A DNA stretch of 63,199 nt, taken from NCBI GenBank assembly GCA_003344405.1, contig NOWV01000150.1, positions 124,001 through 187,199 on the forward strand. Direction: 5' to 3'. Source of the stretch: Trichoplax sp. H2. Its lineage: Eukaryota. Both the position numbers and the translations under genes were made by a program. How positions within the stretch are numbered: position 1 is the first letter of the stretch; every line of letters starts with the position of its first letter. The notes below the pieces were generated by a model. It had not been told where the DNA came from. It did not search any database and was given only the letters and a program-made list of their open reading frames with translations. This document shows, in pieces, positions 51,350-63,199 of this stretch.

Positions 51350-54300
51350 CTAGAAGCTAGCATGAGCTTCAAAATCTTTATTCATGACACCACTAGGCCC
51401 GGGTGTTGGTTTCGTCTCTGTTAATGAATTCAACTCAATATCTTTGTTACTCTGCTTGTCTCGAACCATTGGTTGTTCAAAATGATGATCTAGATTTTCT
51501 TGGCTTTCATCTTTTTTCGCTACACGATTGCGCCTTATATTCTTTTTGTAGTATAGAGTCCACGCCAAAATGATGATAATTATTAATACCACTCCACCAA
51601 CCGATCCGACAGAAATGCCAATGATCAATCCTTGAGGACTAGTACATCTATCACCACTATATCCGCTAGCACATTTACATTTTCGTTTACCTTTTTCAAT
51701 GGTACATGATCCACCATTGACACAGTAATCACTATTACATTGTAGGAAGCATCCTGGTGTCGAATATGGGTTACCATAATAGCCAGCCAAACATGTACAA
51801 TTAAAATATCCTTGGGTATTGGTACAGATAGCATTATTAGCACAAGGATCTCTAGTAGCGCATTCATCGATGTCAACACAACTAGATCCGGTGAAACCTG
51901 ATTTGCAATTACATGTATATGTACCAGGTAAGTTCAAACAATTTTGATTATCGCTGCAATCATTGCTTTCAGGGTTTGCACACTCGTTAAAATCTTCTAC
52001 AGTTACATTTTGGACTGCTTGCCCATTAACTGTCACATTGCTGTTTGACACCACGGAAACTAACTTATTCTGGTTAATATTTAAAGTTTGCTTAAATACC
52101 GTATAATATTCAGCAATAATGCTGCCGGCTCTAAAACCTGTTATTACTACGCGTTTAAAACTTTCTTTTGTTGCAGAAGACGAGTTAAATGTATTGGTTA
52201 AAGCAGTTGTAACTTGATCTTTAAGTGTTGTATATGCAACACTATTAGGATCATTTAAATCTGAATTAAAGGTACCAGCAAATGTGAGACTACCGCTGAA
52301 GATTTTGCCGCGTTGGCAATGAGAATCCGATTGAAGTTCAGTTTCCGACTGTGAACTATTAGAGTAATATTCAGCATTACAACTACAATAGTAGCTACTG
52401 CCATACACCACACAAGTTGCTTTACTACCACAATTAGTGTTACCAGAGCAAGGTACAGTTGACGTGCATGTTAAACCATCACCAGAATAGCCCGATTTAC
52501 AGCTACACGTATATGATCCTGCCGTATTATTACAATTAGCGTTGCTACTGCAATTATTATTTGTTGCACATTCATCAATGTCTTGGCATGTGATGCCATT
52601 TCCAATGTATCCAGTCCTGCATGTACAGGTATATGATCCTGGTGTATTGCTACATACGGCATTGCTATTACAGGTGCTGCTATTTGCGCATTCGTCAAGA
52701 TCTTCGCATATAAAGCCATTACCACTATATCCTGAATTACACGTACATGTGTATGATCCAACGGTATCAACACATGTTGCATTACTAGAGCATTGATCAA
52801 TTTTAAGTAAGCATTCATCGATCTCATCGCAAGAAAATCCATTGCCCGTAAAACCTTGTCTGCATTGGCATGTATATGAACCTTCAATATTGGTACAAGT
52901 AGCATTGCTATCGCATTTATTGGCACTTTCACATTCATCGACATCTTGACAAGAAAATCCATTTCCTGAATAACCAGTTTTACAGGTGCAAGTGTATGAT
53001 CCAGCAGTATTAGCGCATGCAGCATTTGTAGAACAGGTGTGATTACCTGATGAGCATTCGTTGTCATCTGTACAAGTTCTGCCATCACCACTATAACCTT
53101 GCTTGCACTGGCATGTGTAAGATCCGTTAGTATTATTGCAAGTGGCGTTGTTACTACACTGATTGCTTGATAAACATTCGTTAACGTCTTGACAAGTGAA
53201 GCCAGTACCTGAGTAACCAGTATTACATGCGCATGTATATGAACCAGCGCTGTTAGTACAATTAGCATTCAGAGAGCAAGAGTGAGTACCTAATGAGCAC
53301 TCATCAATATCTGTACACATACCACCATTTCCAGTGTACCCTTGCATGCATTGACATATATATGAGCCGTTCGTATTAGTACACATTGCATTAGCATCGC
53401 AATTATTGCTTGTAGAACATTCATCGATATCTTGACAGGTAAAACCATTTCCAGCGTAGCCGGTCTTGCAAGTACAAGTGTATGATCCAGCATTATTAGT
53501 GCAATCGGCATTACTAGAACACATATGACTATTGGATGTACATTCGTTGATATCGGTGCAGACGCTACCATTACCAGTATATCCAGTCTTACACTGACAG
53601 GAATATGATCCCGGCATATTTACACAATTTGCAGTAGGAATGCAAACATTAGTATTTAAGCATTCATTAATATCAATACATGTCCAACCATCTGCTGCAT
53701 ATTTGTAGCCATTCATACAACTACAAGCGTAACTACCGTTGCTGTTATTACAAACTTGATTGCATGAAGGCGGACTAATGTTACATTCATTAATATCTTC
53801 GCATACCGTCTTACTACCATTTGCAAGTTTATATCCTTTCGTGCAGGAACAGACTGCCAATTCGTTTATATTAGTACAGATTTGTGTACAGTTGTGACCT
53901 GGATCGCATGGGTTAGTAACATTACAGGATAGCCCATCATTATTCAACTGAAAGCCTGTCTGACATTGACATTGGTAAGATCCAGGAGTATTAACGCATA
54001 CTTGATCGCATGGTCTAAAGCGAATACATTCATCTACGTCATTGCAAGCATGCTGATCATTGCTTAATTCATAACCTTGATTGCACGAACATATATAACT
54101 ACCGTTTGTATTGCTACATGTTTGATTACAATTTCCATTAGATAAATTACACTCATTTATATCTGTACAATTGATGCCGTCACCGGTATAACCAGCATTA
54201 CAGACACATTCGTATAAACCTGGTTGATTAATACATGTTGCCAATCCGCTACAGTTATGAGATCCTACGGAACATTCATCAATATCTGTGCAACCTCTGT

Positions 54301-57300
54301 TGTCGGCATTTAAAGTATATCCAGATAAGCATTGACAACTATAACTTCCCTCTTCATTGATACATGTTTGACTACACTCATGTGTACCGTTGACGCATTC
54401 ATCGAGATCAGTACATTTTAAGCCATCTCCAACATAACCGGTAGGGCAATCGCCACAACTGTAACCAGATTGTGGAGCAACATTGTCAGTGCACGTGACA
54501 TTTCCAAAGCAAGGCTGATCAGCACATGCATCAACGTCTTGAGTACAATGATCTCCAGTCCATGCTGGGTCACAAATGCATTCAACTTGATCGATATTAT
54601 CGATGTTTACCATTTCTGCTGCATAATCGCAGACACCATTATTCGGACAGTAACACATGATAATTTGTGGTGACAGTTCACTTGTTGCTCCCTTAGAATC
54701 TGTAGCTACAAATTTAAATGAAATATTTTGATACGTCGATACGTTCCATGTAAATGTGTATGTTTGTGTATCGAATTGAGCCCCCTCCGGACGATTAACA
54801 ACATCCACGGTGATAGTATCACCCTGGTTTTGATCAGTCACATTCAAAACCGTGACAAATGTTTCACCAAAAGTGACATTGTAACTTGTTAATCCAGATA
54901 TCTGTGGCGGAAAATTTTCTAATTGGTTAGTGGTATCTTGGTAAACTTCAGATGTATCTTTACCATTGACGGCAGCGTTGAGATTTAACGTTAAAGCGGC
55001 GTCGAACAAGCATTCGTTGTTGTTACCACATTGTGCAACAGCTTGATCATAAAATTCTGTATTATTACCAAATAAAGCCTGAATATTCTCACTAAACACT
55101 GGTGTGAAACTGGGATCTGTGTAATTATTTGCTGTCAGTCCGGCTGGATACGTAAAGAGTGAATCAGTAAAGTTAATCTTCCACGGCTGACCAAAACCAC
55201 TATATATCTGCGACTCCGTAGAATTGATGTCTACATTGGTTCCATCTGGTCGTTGAAAGTCGTCGTTGACGTTATCATTCCATGTGCCGAGTAGTCCAGA
55301 AGTTGATCCTTTAATCTCTTCAGGTCCGTTAAATGCTATCGTTAACATTTCTGTAAGCAAGGTAACCTCTACTGAAATGCCTGAAGAAAATATTGCTGCT
55401 ATTGAAACATTAGATACTCTGGTAATATCAACATTGGTAAATTCACGCGTGTCATTTTCAGGGACACTATTCATAGTAAATGATGTAGTTCTATTAACTA
55501 ATATATCGATACCATCAAAGGTTGCATTAAGAGTAAATTGTACGATATCAGCACCAATTTCTGTAGTTGCAAAAGCAGAGAAAACTGTTGCTGCAGCAGA
55601 CAAGGTTCCATTTCGAATAGCTCTCATAGTGCGTCCCTGTAAAACAAATGTGTTACCTATGGTTCGTAACAGTACATATTCTCCAAGTCCATTAAATGTA
55701 TACTGTTTCCCATCTAATGTTTTAACGTGTGGATCACCCCAAAACCATGCCCTTCGAGGTGGTCTATATCCGGCACACCGATTAATGGGTCTCTTTCTTG
55801 AGTATAAAGAACAGAAACTGGACCTGAGGCAGCAATCTGAATATGCCTGTCTACTACTATCTTGCAGTGTGCTATTCCTAAAAGTAAATGAGCTACCAAG
55901 AGGGTAAGTGGTGATTAATGAACCAAATGATCTCCTAAGAGATGAATAACAGCATCGTTGATAAACCCGTTCGCCGTTACTGGCTCTACGCGAAAATCTT
56001 GATCTAGCACAGAAAGTAAAGATACTAAATCTAAATCGTCTGTCACGAATGGCCTGGAATACAGAGCAAGGACAAGATCTTCTACGAAGTGCACGGAGAT
56101 AGATTGATGACGACGGTTCATTAGCTAACCATGTTTGACAGCGATCGGCATAGTTGATACGAAAAACTGAGGGATCATCGACTCGATACATCCATCGTCC
56201 TTTTCTACCATAATTACCTGTCATACCGTCAATGCGCAATAACTGTCTAGAGAATGAATCAGGTAATTCATATGTGTATCTTGATGTTCCGTTACTATAA
56301 CCGGCGCGAGGTCTCGTATATCTATATCTTTGCCACCAGTTCATTCCTTTATCTTCATATATATATCCAGCAAATAAGTTAGCACCATTAGATGATAATA
56401 CAAGTTGGAAAGTATTAGTTATACCATATTTTCCAGTAGTGGAAGATGGGAACGGAACAAGCTTGTACCACGTAACAGTAGTGACTAGCGTTGCAGTAAA
56501 ATTGCTTGCAACATCCGGAAATAATCCATACTGATTTGAATTAGACGGATTATTGCTAATATAGCTCTGATACTGCATAACATCATTAGTAGCATTTCTT
56601 AGAATTTCCGTTGTTGCATTTGAAGGACTAAACGAAGAATACTGACTGATGTAAACTTGAGACGTTTTATAAGATCGACTGTCTGCATCGGCAAAAAATG
56701 GTGCAATTATTGGTGCATATCTAGATGAATACAACGGTTTACTTGCTGTTCCGTAGTAAGGCCGGTCGAAGGATACAAATCCATTCATTGAAACCTGACA
56801 AATATTATGTCCTTAATGTTACTAAAAGAACAGCTACCAAAGAATTATAAGGAGTTTCAGTGGCCATACTGAAACTACTGTAGTTATTACTCTGAACTTT
56901 AACAACTGTATTTGCATAGTAAAAATATACTTGTAAAGAGTAGAGGATATTATTACGGCACTTACGTAGAGCTTACGATGAAATTTGTTCATGAAGAATA
57001 CGGGCGATCTTAAGTAGACTACAAAGGATGCATCATCTACACCTCCGAATGATTGATCACTTTGCAAATTTCCAAATGGATAGAGTCGCAATTCTATTTT
57101 CAAAGATATAAAACGTAAAAAATTGACGAAATTATCTTGGTATCAGACTATAAAATTCACAGTTAAATACTGTACCTTTACAATTAAATCCATCTCCAAT
57201 GAAACCTGGCTTGCAAGCACAGCTGTATGAGCCAACTGAATTTAGGCATATCGAGTTTACATCACACTTATGTATTCCAAGTCGGCATTCGTTTGCATCT

Positions 57301-60300
57301 TTAATTTAAAAAAATTTCGCTTTTATTTGCTCTGTAATCATTACATTTACTGTAGCTTATACTCTATCAACCAGCAAAAGCATGGAACAAGTAAACCATA
57401 ATTTTTCGCTTATATAAGATCCGTACTAAAGTATTTGCAAAAATACAGTTTGTGATAGCGATACTCCTATGTTTCTACTGGATCCATAGTAAAATATTTA
57501 CGATTTTATTACTCTACTACGATTGCAGATGCAAAATACTAACGCTGTTGTACCTTTAGTTCGCTTTCTAGCAATCATAACATTTTTGATAAATCTAGTC
57601 TGTCTTGTATAACAACGTATACCTAAGTTACAAGTAAGATCTAGCAGTCATTGTCGATAGTTACCGATACAAATAGTGCCATTTCCAGTGTATCCCAAAT
57701 TGCAAATGCATTTATAAGAGCCGTATGTGTTAACGCATCTTGCATTATTATTACATCCAGTTACATTAGTTGCGCATTCATTAATATCTATGGAATCCAA
57801 TGAGTGAAATTATAGCTTTAATAACTTATTCAAAATGAGTAATTTTATAAAGTATTGAATAATACCTGAGCATTGAAATCCATTTCCAGTAAAACCCGAA
57901 TTACATACACAATAATATGACGAATTAGTATTCACACATTGAGCCTGAGCATGACAACGATGACTTCCAATAACACATTCGTTGATGTCTTAATCAATAA
58001 AACGAATAAGCAATAAAGATTAATATAAATACATACCGGACATGGAATAAATTCTTTTAGAATTAATCATTTTATTGTAAAACTGAATCAGTACCCGGAG
58101 TCGTAGTTGTAACATAGTTTGGAGTCGTAGGTCTTGCAGATGAAACCGTAAGGATTGTCGTTGCTGTGGGCGATGCACTTATAGTCGCCGATGCAGATAT
58201 GGAAACGGTTCCAGATATTGAGTCTGTAAGCGAAGAGCTAAGGCTGGTAAACGAACGAGAACTTACGCGTGATAGCGATAAACTGTTTGAAGTTTGATAA
58301 ATACTCCCCGAAATCGAAGACGAGAAGATAGCCGATGATAAATCACTGGAAGTTCGATATACACTACGCGATATCGAAGATGAGAAGACATTGCTTAGTG
58401 TTGGTGAAACAGAGGATAAATCGCTGGAAGTTCGATATACACTACGCGATATCGAAGACGAGACGACATTGCTTAGTGTTGGTAAAACAGAGGATAAATC
58501 GCTGGAAGTTCGATACACACTACGCGATATCGAAGACGAGACGACATTGCTTAGTGTTAGTGAAACAGAGGATAAATCACTGGAAGTTCGATATACACTT
58601 CCCGATATTGAAGAAAAGACACTTGTCAGGGTTCTCGAAACAGAAAACATTCCGTTGGAAGTTTCATACGCGCTTCTCGATGTTGAAGAGAAAGAGAAGT
58701 TGGTACTGCTGTACGATGTACTACTCGATAATGATGTATATGGGAAATTGGTTGATAACCTTGAAATAGAACTGCTAATAGATGCTAGTAAAGTCGTGTA
58801 CGAGGCAAATGTTGTAAACATGCTACTAGATCGCGTGGAAGAAATATAATTGCTTGCTGTTTCTGATAATAGTGATGTTGATGTTGACATATGAGTAGCG
58901 CTGATGCTATGTGTAGCATTTGTTCCATCTAATCATAAGAAAAAAAGTTATGCATTTGAAATATTCAATTTTACGATCTATTCTTAGATATCAGCATCGA
59001 TATAGGTTACACTGATCAGTATTACATTATATTAAGCGTGTAAATATAATAAAAACTTACTGCGACACATAACTCCAACCCAACTATATCTTCCACAATC
59101 CGGAGTTTGAATCCAGCTGCTATTATGAAAGCATTGATCTAAACTGTTGCCTGTACTATTACAAACAATACCACTAAGCCATGTATGCGTAAACCCATTA
59201 GTGCCAAAGTGGCCACAACAATAATATGTAGAAGCTCCTTCTGTAAATCCAAGCTGACGGCAGACTACATTAGCCTCATTAAAGCCAAAATATTTATTAC
59301 AAACTGCACCCCATGACCCATTATGATAAATTTCGACATTTCCCTTATTGCTCTGATAACCATTTACAAGCCTTAAAGTTCCTTCTGCAACAGGACCTAT
59401 TTGCAATCAAGTATTTTTATAATATGAGCGTATGATCCTATTGTGTACAGTCGTACTTAAATCGCTTTTCGTTTTTTTAGCAATGCTATCAGATGTAGTT
59501 TTCAACATTTAAATAGATGTTTGGAAATATTTCCTTGTGACTACAGGTGTATCCGTGATAAAATGTTATCACTACTGATAAAAAACATGTATGAATTAAA
59601 TTGCTGGCTGAATTACATTATTTCAAGTACTTTGCTCGGCCGAGCAAGACATGTTTGAGGCATCTACTAGAGACTAACTAAATGCAGTATTTAGTAAAAC
59701 ATTCTGGAGATCTTCTTTTCGAGGGATAGAAATTATACATGCATATAACAGCGAATGAGTACAAAGCATATTCTGAACTGTAAACATAAGATATTTTATA
59801 GTTGATGTAAGTATAACACCAAAAACCTCCAATATTATAATGTTCGAGTTTTTAAATTAATTTAATGCAATTTTTACAATGTAAATTTATCTATCTACTA
59901 ATAGAATAAAATGCTTAAATCGCGAACTTAAAAGATTAAAATTAAAACTATAACACTAATGTATATCGAGCATGGAATCAGCAAAATAGAACTATTTTTA
60001 AAACTTATTTTCTTGCTCATACCTTGTCTACAATTATTTCCGTACCAGCCGTTAGGACAGAGACAAACATAACTTCGAAGTTTATCAATACAAGTGGCAT
60101 TTGGTGCGCACGGATTAGACAGACATTCATTCGTTTCTATCGCAATAAGTTCAGGGTAAATATTTAGTCAAAAAATGAACAAAATCATTCACGATGACAA
60201 AAATAGTTTATGGTACATGCGCCTATTAAAATGTTACCGATGCTTTTACCTTGGTCACATTGCGCTCCAGACCATCCACTGTAACATGAACAATTATATG

Positions 60301-63045
60301 ATGAATTACTAGTTGCAGTACAGCTACCACGAACGCACGGATATGAAGCACAAGGCCCGGCTATAGTTAAATTTAAAATGTTCGATAAGTTATTTAGAGT
60401 ACCAGTATATTTCAATATAAACAAATATAGTCTCTAAGGCGATATTGACTAACTTCATAGCGATATTATATCATAGTCTACTATAGCAATTTTATGATAA
60501 ATTTCAATACAAACTTTATTCGGCTATACTGGTGCTGGATTATGTATCGCATAATAAGGCTATCATTATATATTAATACTACTGGTAATATTGAAATTTA
60601 CAGCATTTATTTCCTTTCATAAACTATTACCGTACTTGAAATTGAATTACTTACAAATACATTGAACACCAGCGTGATTATATCTGCTGCAATAGCTTCC
60701 AGTGGTAACATTAGAATACGGACAATTATCTATGAAGGTTTCCGTGCCTGTACAATTAACCATTTCCTTTAAAATTGGACCGTTAAAATATCCGTAGCCT
60801 GAACAACAACCAGCACCACTGGTATTATCGAATCCCAATTGGCGGCAAACAACCATAGCGTCACTGATATCCCAGTAGTTATCGCATATAAATCCCCATA
60901 GACCATTCTGATAGACCTGAACAGTGCCGTAAGTTGAGCTGCCTCCGACAAGACGTACTTGCCCATTCTGAGCTATACCTATCATAAAATGATGGTATCA
61001 ATTAATATCAAACGGTCATGCAATAAACAATGCCAACTCTGGTTGTACTGTAGATATTTTAGTAAAAATTTTTTAATACTGTTAAGATGTAACTCTCTCA
61101 TCTAATGATATTTCATCAATTACAACGCGAAATAAAACTTGCTGAAATACTCGAATTTACTGCATAATTTAAAGAGAAAATTCCATTGAACTACCTAAGC
61201 CTATACCTTCAAATAAATTTACTTGAAGTAATATATGCAAATCATGATAATTAGTAAATAATTACAAAAAATGTATATTACATTTTAAATGCTAATAAAA
61301 TATAACAACATGACTATAATTAATTGATAATACAAGAATTTAAAATAGTTTCCCAAAATCTTAATGAGAACAGTACTAAATAAGGTCAACATTGAATTCT
61401 TTTCTTATTATTCGTAAATTCCTACCTTCTCGACAATAATTTCCATAGTAACCTTGTGGACATCGGCATGAATAAGATAAGTGAGCATCAACACAAGTTG
61501 CATTGGCAGGGCAAGGATTAGATGCACATTCATTGGTTTCTAGTAGGAAATAAATTTAATAGTAGTTTGTGTTTGAAATACCATAAAATTCTAATTTTAC
61601 AAATAGAAAATTTCTATGACAAATAGACTGGAAAAAGTATACATCCTGAGTTAAAAATAGATCAAAACGTAATTGTCAGTAAACATGATGCAATTTATCG
61701 CAGATATGCATTTTTCAAATCACTCAAATAAAGAATCCGTTAAACATTTCAAAGATTAAACTGAAAAAAAAAACTACAAGGATATCATACCAATGTCACA
61801 CTGCTGGCCAGTCCATCCAGAGTTACAACTGCAGTTATACCCACTAGTTGAGCTATTAGCATAACATGTACCATGAACACAAGGGTGAGATCCGCAAGCT
61901 CCAACTGAAACAATGAAAAATTCTTACTTATCGAATTATAACAGTACCTTGACATAGTAAGAACAATATCTTTAAGAACATCGAATATTTTATAATGTAA
62001 TATAGTATACGTGTATACTCAAATTCAATAAAATTTATTTACATCACAGTAGTAATAATAGTACTTTTATTTAGAATAAGCCTAAAATTACATGTATATA
62101 AGATACTCGTAATATTCGCCTTTTGAAAATTTACCATATATGTGAGGTATCAGAATCTAATTTTTATCAGGGATTTTATTTATAGCGAGACTCAGAAATA
62201 TTGTATTCACTTTTCATCCAGTAACCTTGAACGAAACAGTAGCTATTAACTTAATATTAAGCTATCACTGACCTATGCAACGAAGACCAATATCACCATA
62301 ACTTTGGGAACATTGAGGAGTATTACCCCATCCACTATGAGAACACTGTGACAATGAGGTTTCGCTACCGGTGCAATTAACGTCTTTAAGCCAATAGGAA
62401 CTATTTGTATAACCATAGTAACCACAACAAAACCATGATCCACTAACATTAGTGTATCCTAATTGTCTGCAAGCCACCAAAGCAGACTGAATGCTAAATC
62501 CCTGGGTACAGATAGGACCCCATCTGTTGTTATGATAGATTTCTAAACGACCCTCATTTGGTACCGGACCGTTATCTAATCGTATAAGCCATAAGCTATT
62601 CGCGTCTAACATCAAAAATTATTACGAAGTTTAGCATAAAAACAAAGTGGTGGACTAAACAAATCGCTTCAGATATCAAAGTTAGGATATCGCAACTTGC
62701 AATATAAACTGATATACTTGTGTAATATATTCGTACATTTATATTTATGCTATAGTAATCACATTACTATACTGAAATAAAATTGAAAGGATTCTCAATT
62801 TCAATACTTAATAAGATATGGTCTAAAGTCTTACAGTAAAAGGATTAAACTACTGACAGATGGCTGTCTTATAAACAAAATTTGTTTTGAAATGAATTAT
62901 AATATATGTTTATATATCATAAACCTTCTACCTGTTTCGCACATAGATCCTGTATAACCAATCGGACATTGGCAATTGTAACTGCCAATGCCATCATAAC
63001 AAGTTGCATTATTTGGGCACGGTGATGAAAGGCATTCATTTATAT
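51350..63045 (-). CDS. Paralogue E (5' end beyond window): EGF-SRCR-EGF-EGF-SRCR-EGF-EGF-SRCR-Ser/Thr mucin-EGF3-NIDO-AMOP-vWD-EGF(19)-SEA-EGF3-TM
   Basis: Exons: EGF 62932-63045, SRCR 62273-62605, EGF 61791-61904 and 61426-61539, SRCR 60655-60978, EGF 60250-60360 and 60023-60136, SRCR 59061-59396, S/T exon 58095-58928, EGF 57866-57988, 57665-57787 and 57176-57298, NIDO start 56966-57093. The giant exon 51350-56794 holds an intact 1812-aa ORF with [13 protein letters not shown] and [25 protein letters not shown]. Confidence 0.92.
58300..58640 (-). repeat. 78-bp (26-aa) mucin-like tandem repeat in the Ser/Thr exon of paralogue E
   Basis: gataaatc(a/g)ctggaagttcgata occurs at 58337, 58415, 58493 and 58571; the unit is [26 protein letters not shown]. 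Confidence 0.92.
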
Positions 63046-63199
63046 CTAAGTGTGCGATAAAATTTGTTACGATCAAACAAAAATGAAGCGTGATATGAAG
63101 TCATCTAAAATTATGAAATTTATTTCTACGACATAATAATAACACGAATCGAAAAACTTTCAAACTTAGTTGAAGTTTGAAATTTCTTATAAAATTTAA

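Noticed and set aside
52471-53571. Long alternative-frame ORFs overlapping EGF arrays (also 31335-31721 and 20181-21002)
   Set aside because: Shifted frames of Cys/Asn-rich repeats are depleted of stop codons; no evidence of separate products.
55266-55907. Similar plus-strand ORFs antisense to the vWD domain in three paralogues (also 8729-9163 and 34275-34697)
   Set aside because: They are mirror frames of a conserved sense-strand domain. Their similarity follows from the paralogy, their lengths differ and they have no independent motifs.
58335-58849. Repetitive plus-strand ORFs (acidic 152 aa, basic 144 aa)
   Set aside because: Antisense readings of the 78-bp Ser/Thr repeat. The minus frame has proper phase-1 splice sites within gene E.

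Overview
AT-rich, intron-containing animal genomic DNA with short GT-AG introns and two 20-N assembly gaps. The compact layout resembles an early-branching metazoan such as the placozoan Trichoplax (inference only). The left end holds the 5' part of a VPS33B gene on the minus strand (ATG at 3890, running off the window start). The other ~58 kb is a head-to-tail minus-strand array of five paralogues (A-E) of an unusual type-I membrane protein. Each has a variable N-terminus built from single-domain exons (EGF, SRCR, MAM, Ser/Thr mucin), joined to one giant intronless exon encoding NIDO-AMOP-vWD(GDPH)-(cbEGF)n-SEA-EGF3-TM-tail. A (5641-~12886) and E (51350->63045) look intact. B (18319-27956) has lost NIDO-AMOP-vWD by a deletion but could still splice in frame. 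C (30046-44201) is a frameshifted, possibly chimeric pseudogene interrupted by a Gypsy LTR element. D (45070-47970) is a decayed relic. Scattered mobile-element remnants include a TIR MITE, a Helitron 3' end, two KRBA2/SCAND3-like (Ginger-type) transposase fragments, a second LTR and a possible PIF1 helicase relic. The best candidate for an undescribed system is this birth-and-death cluster of SRCR/MAM-tipped, MUC4-plus-SEA hybrid receptors with two predicted autoproteolysis sites.
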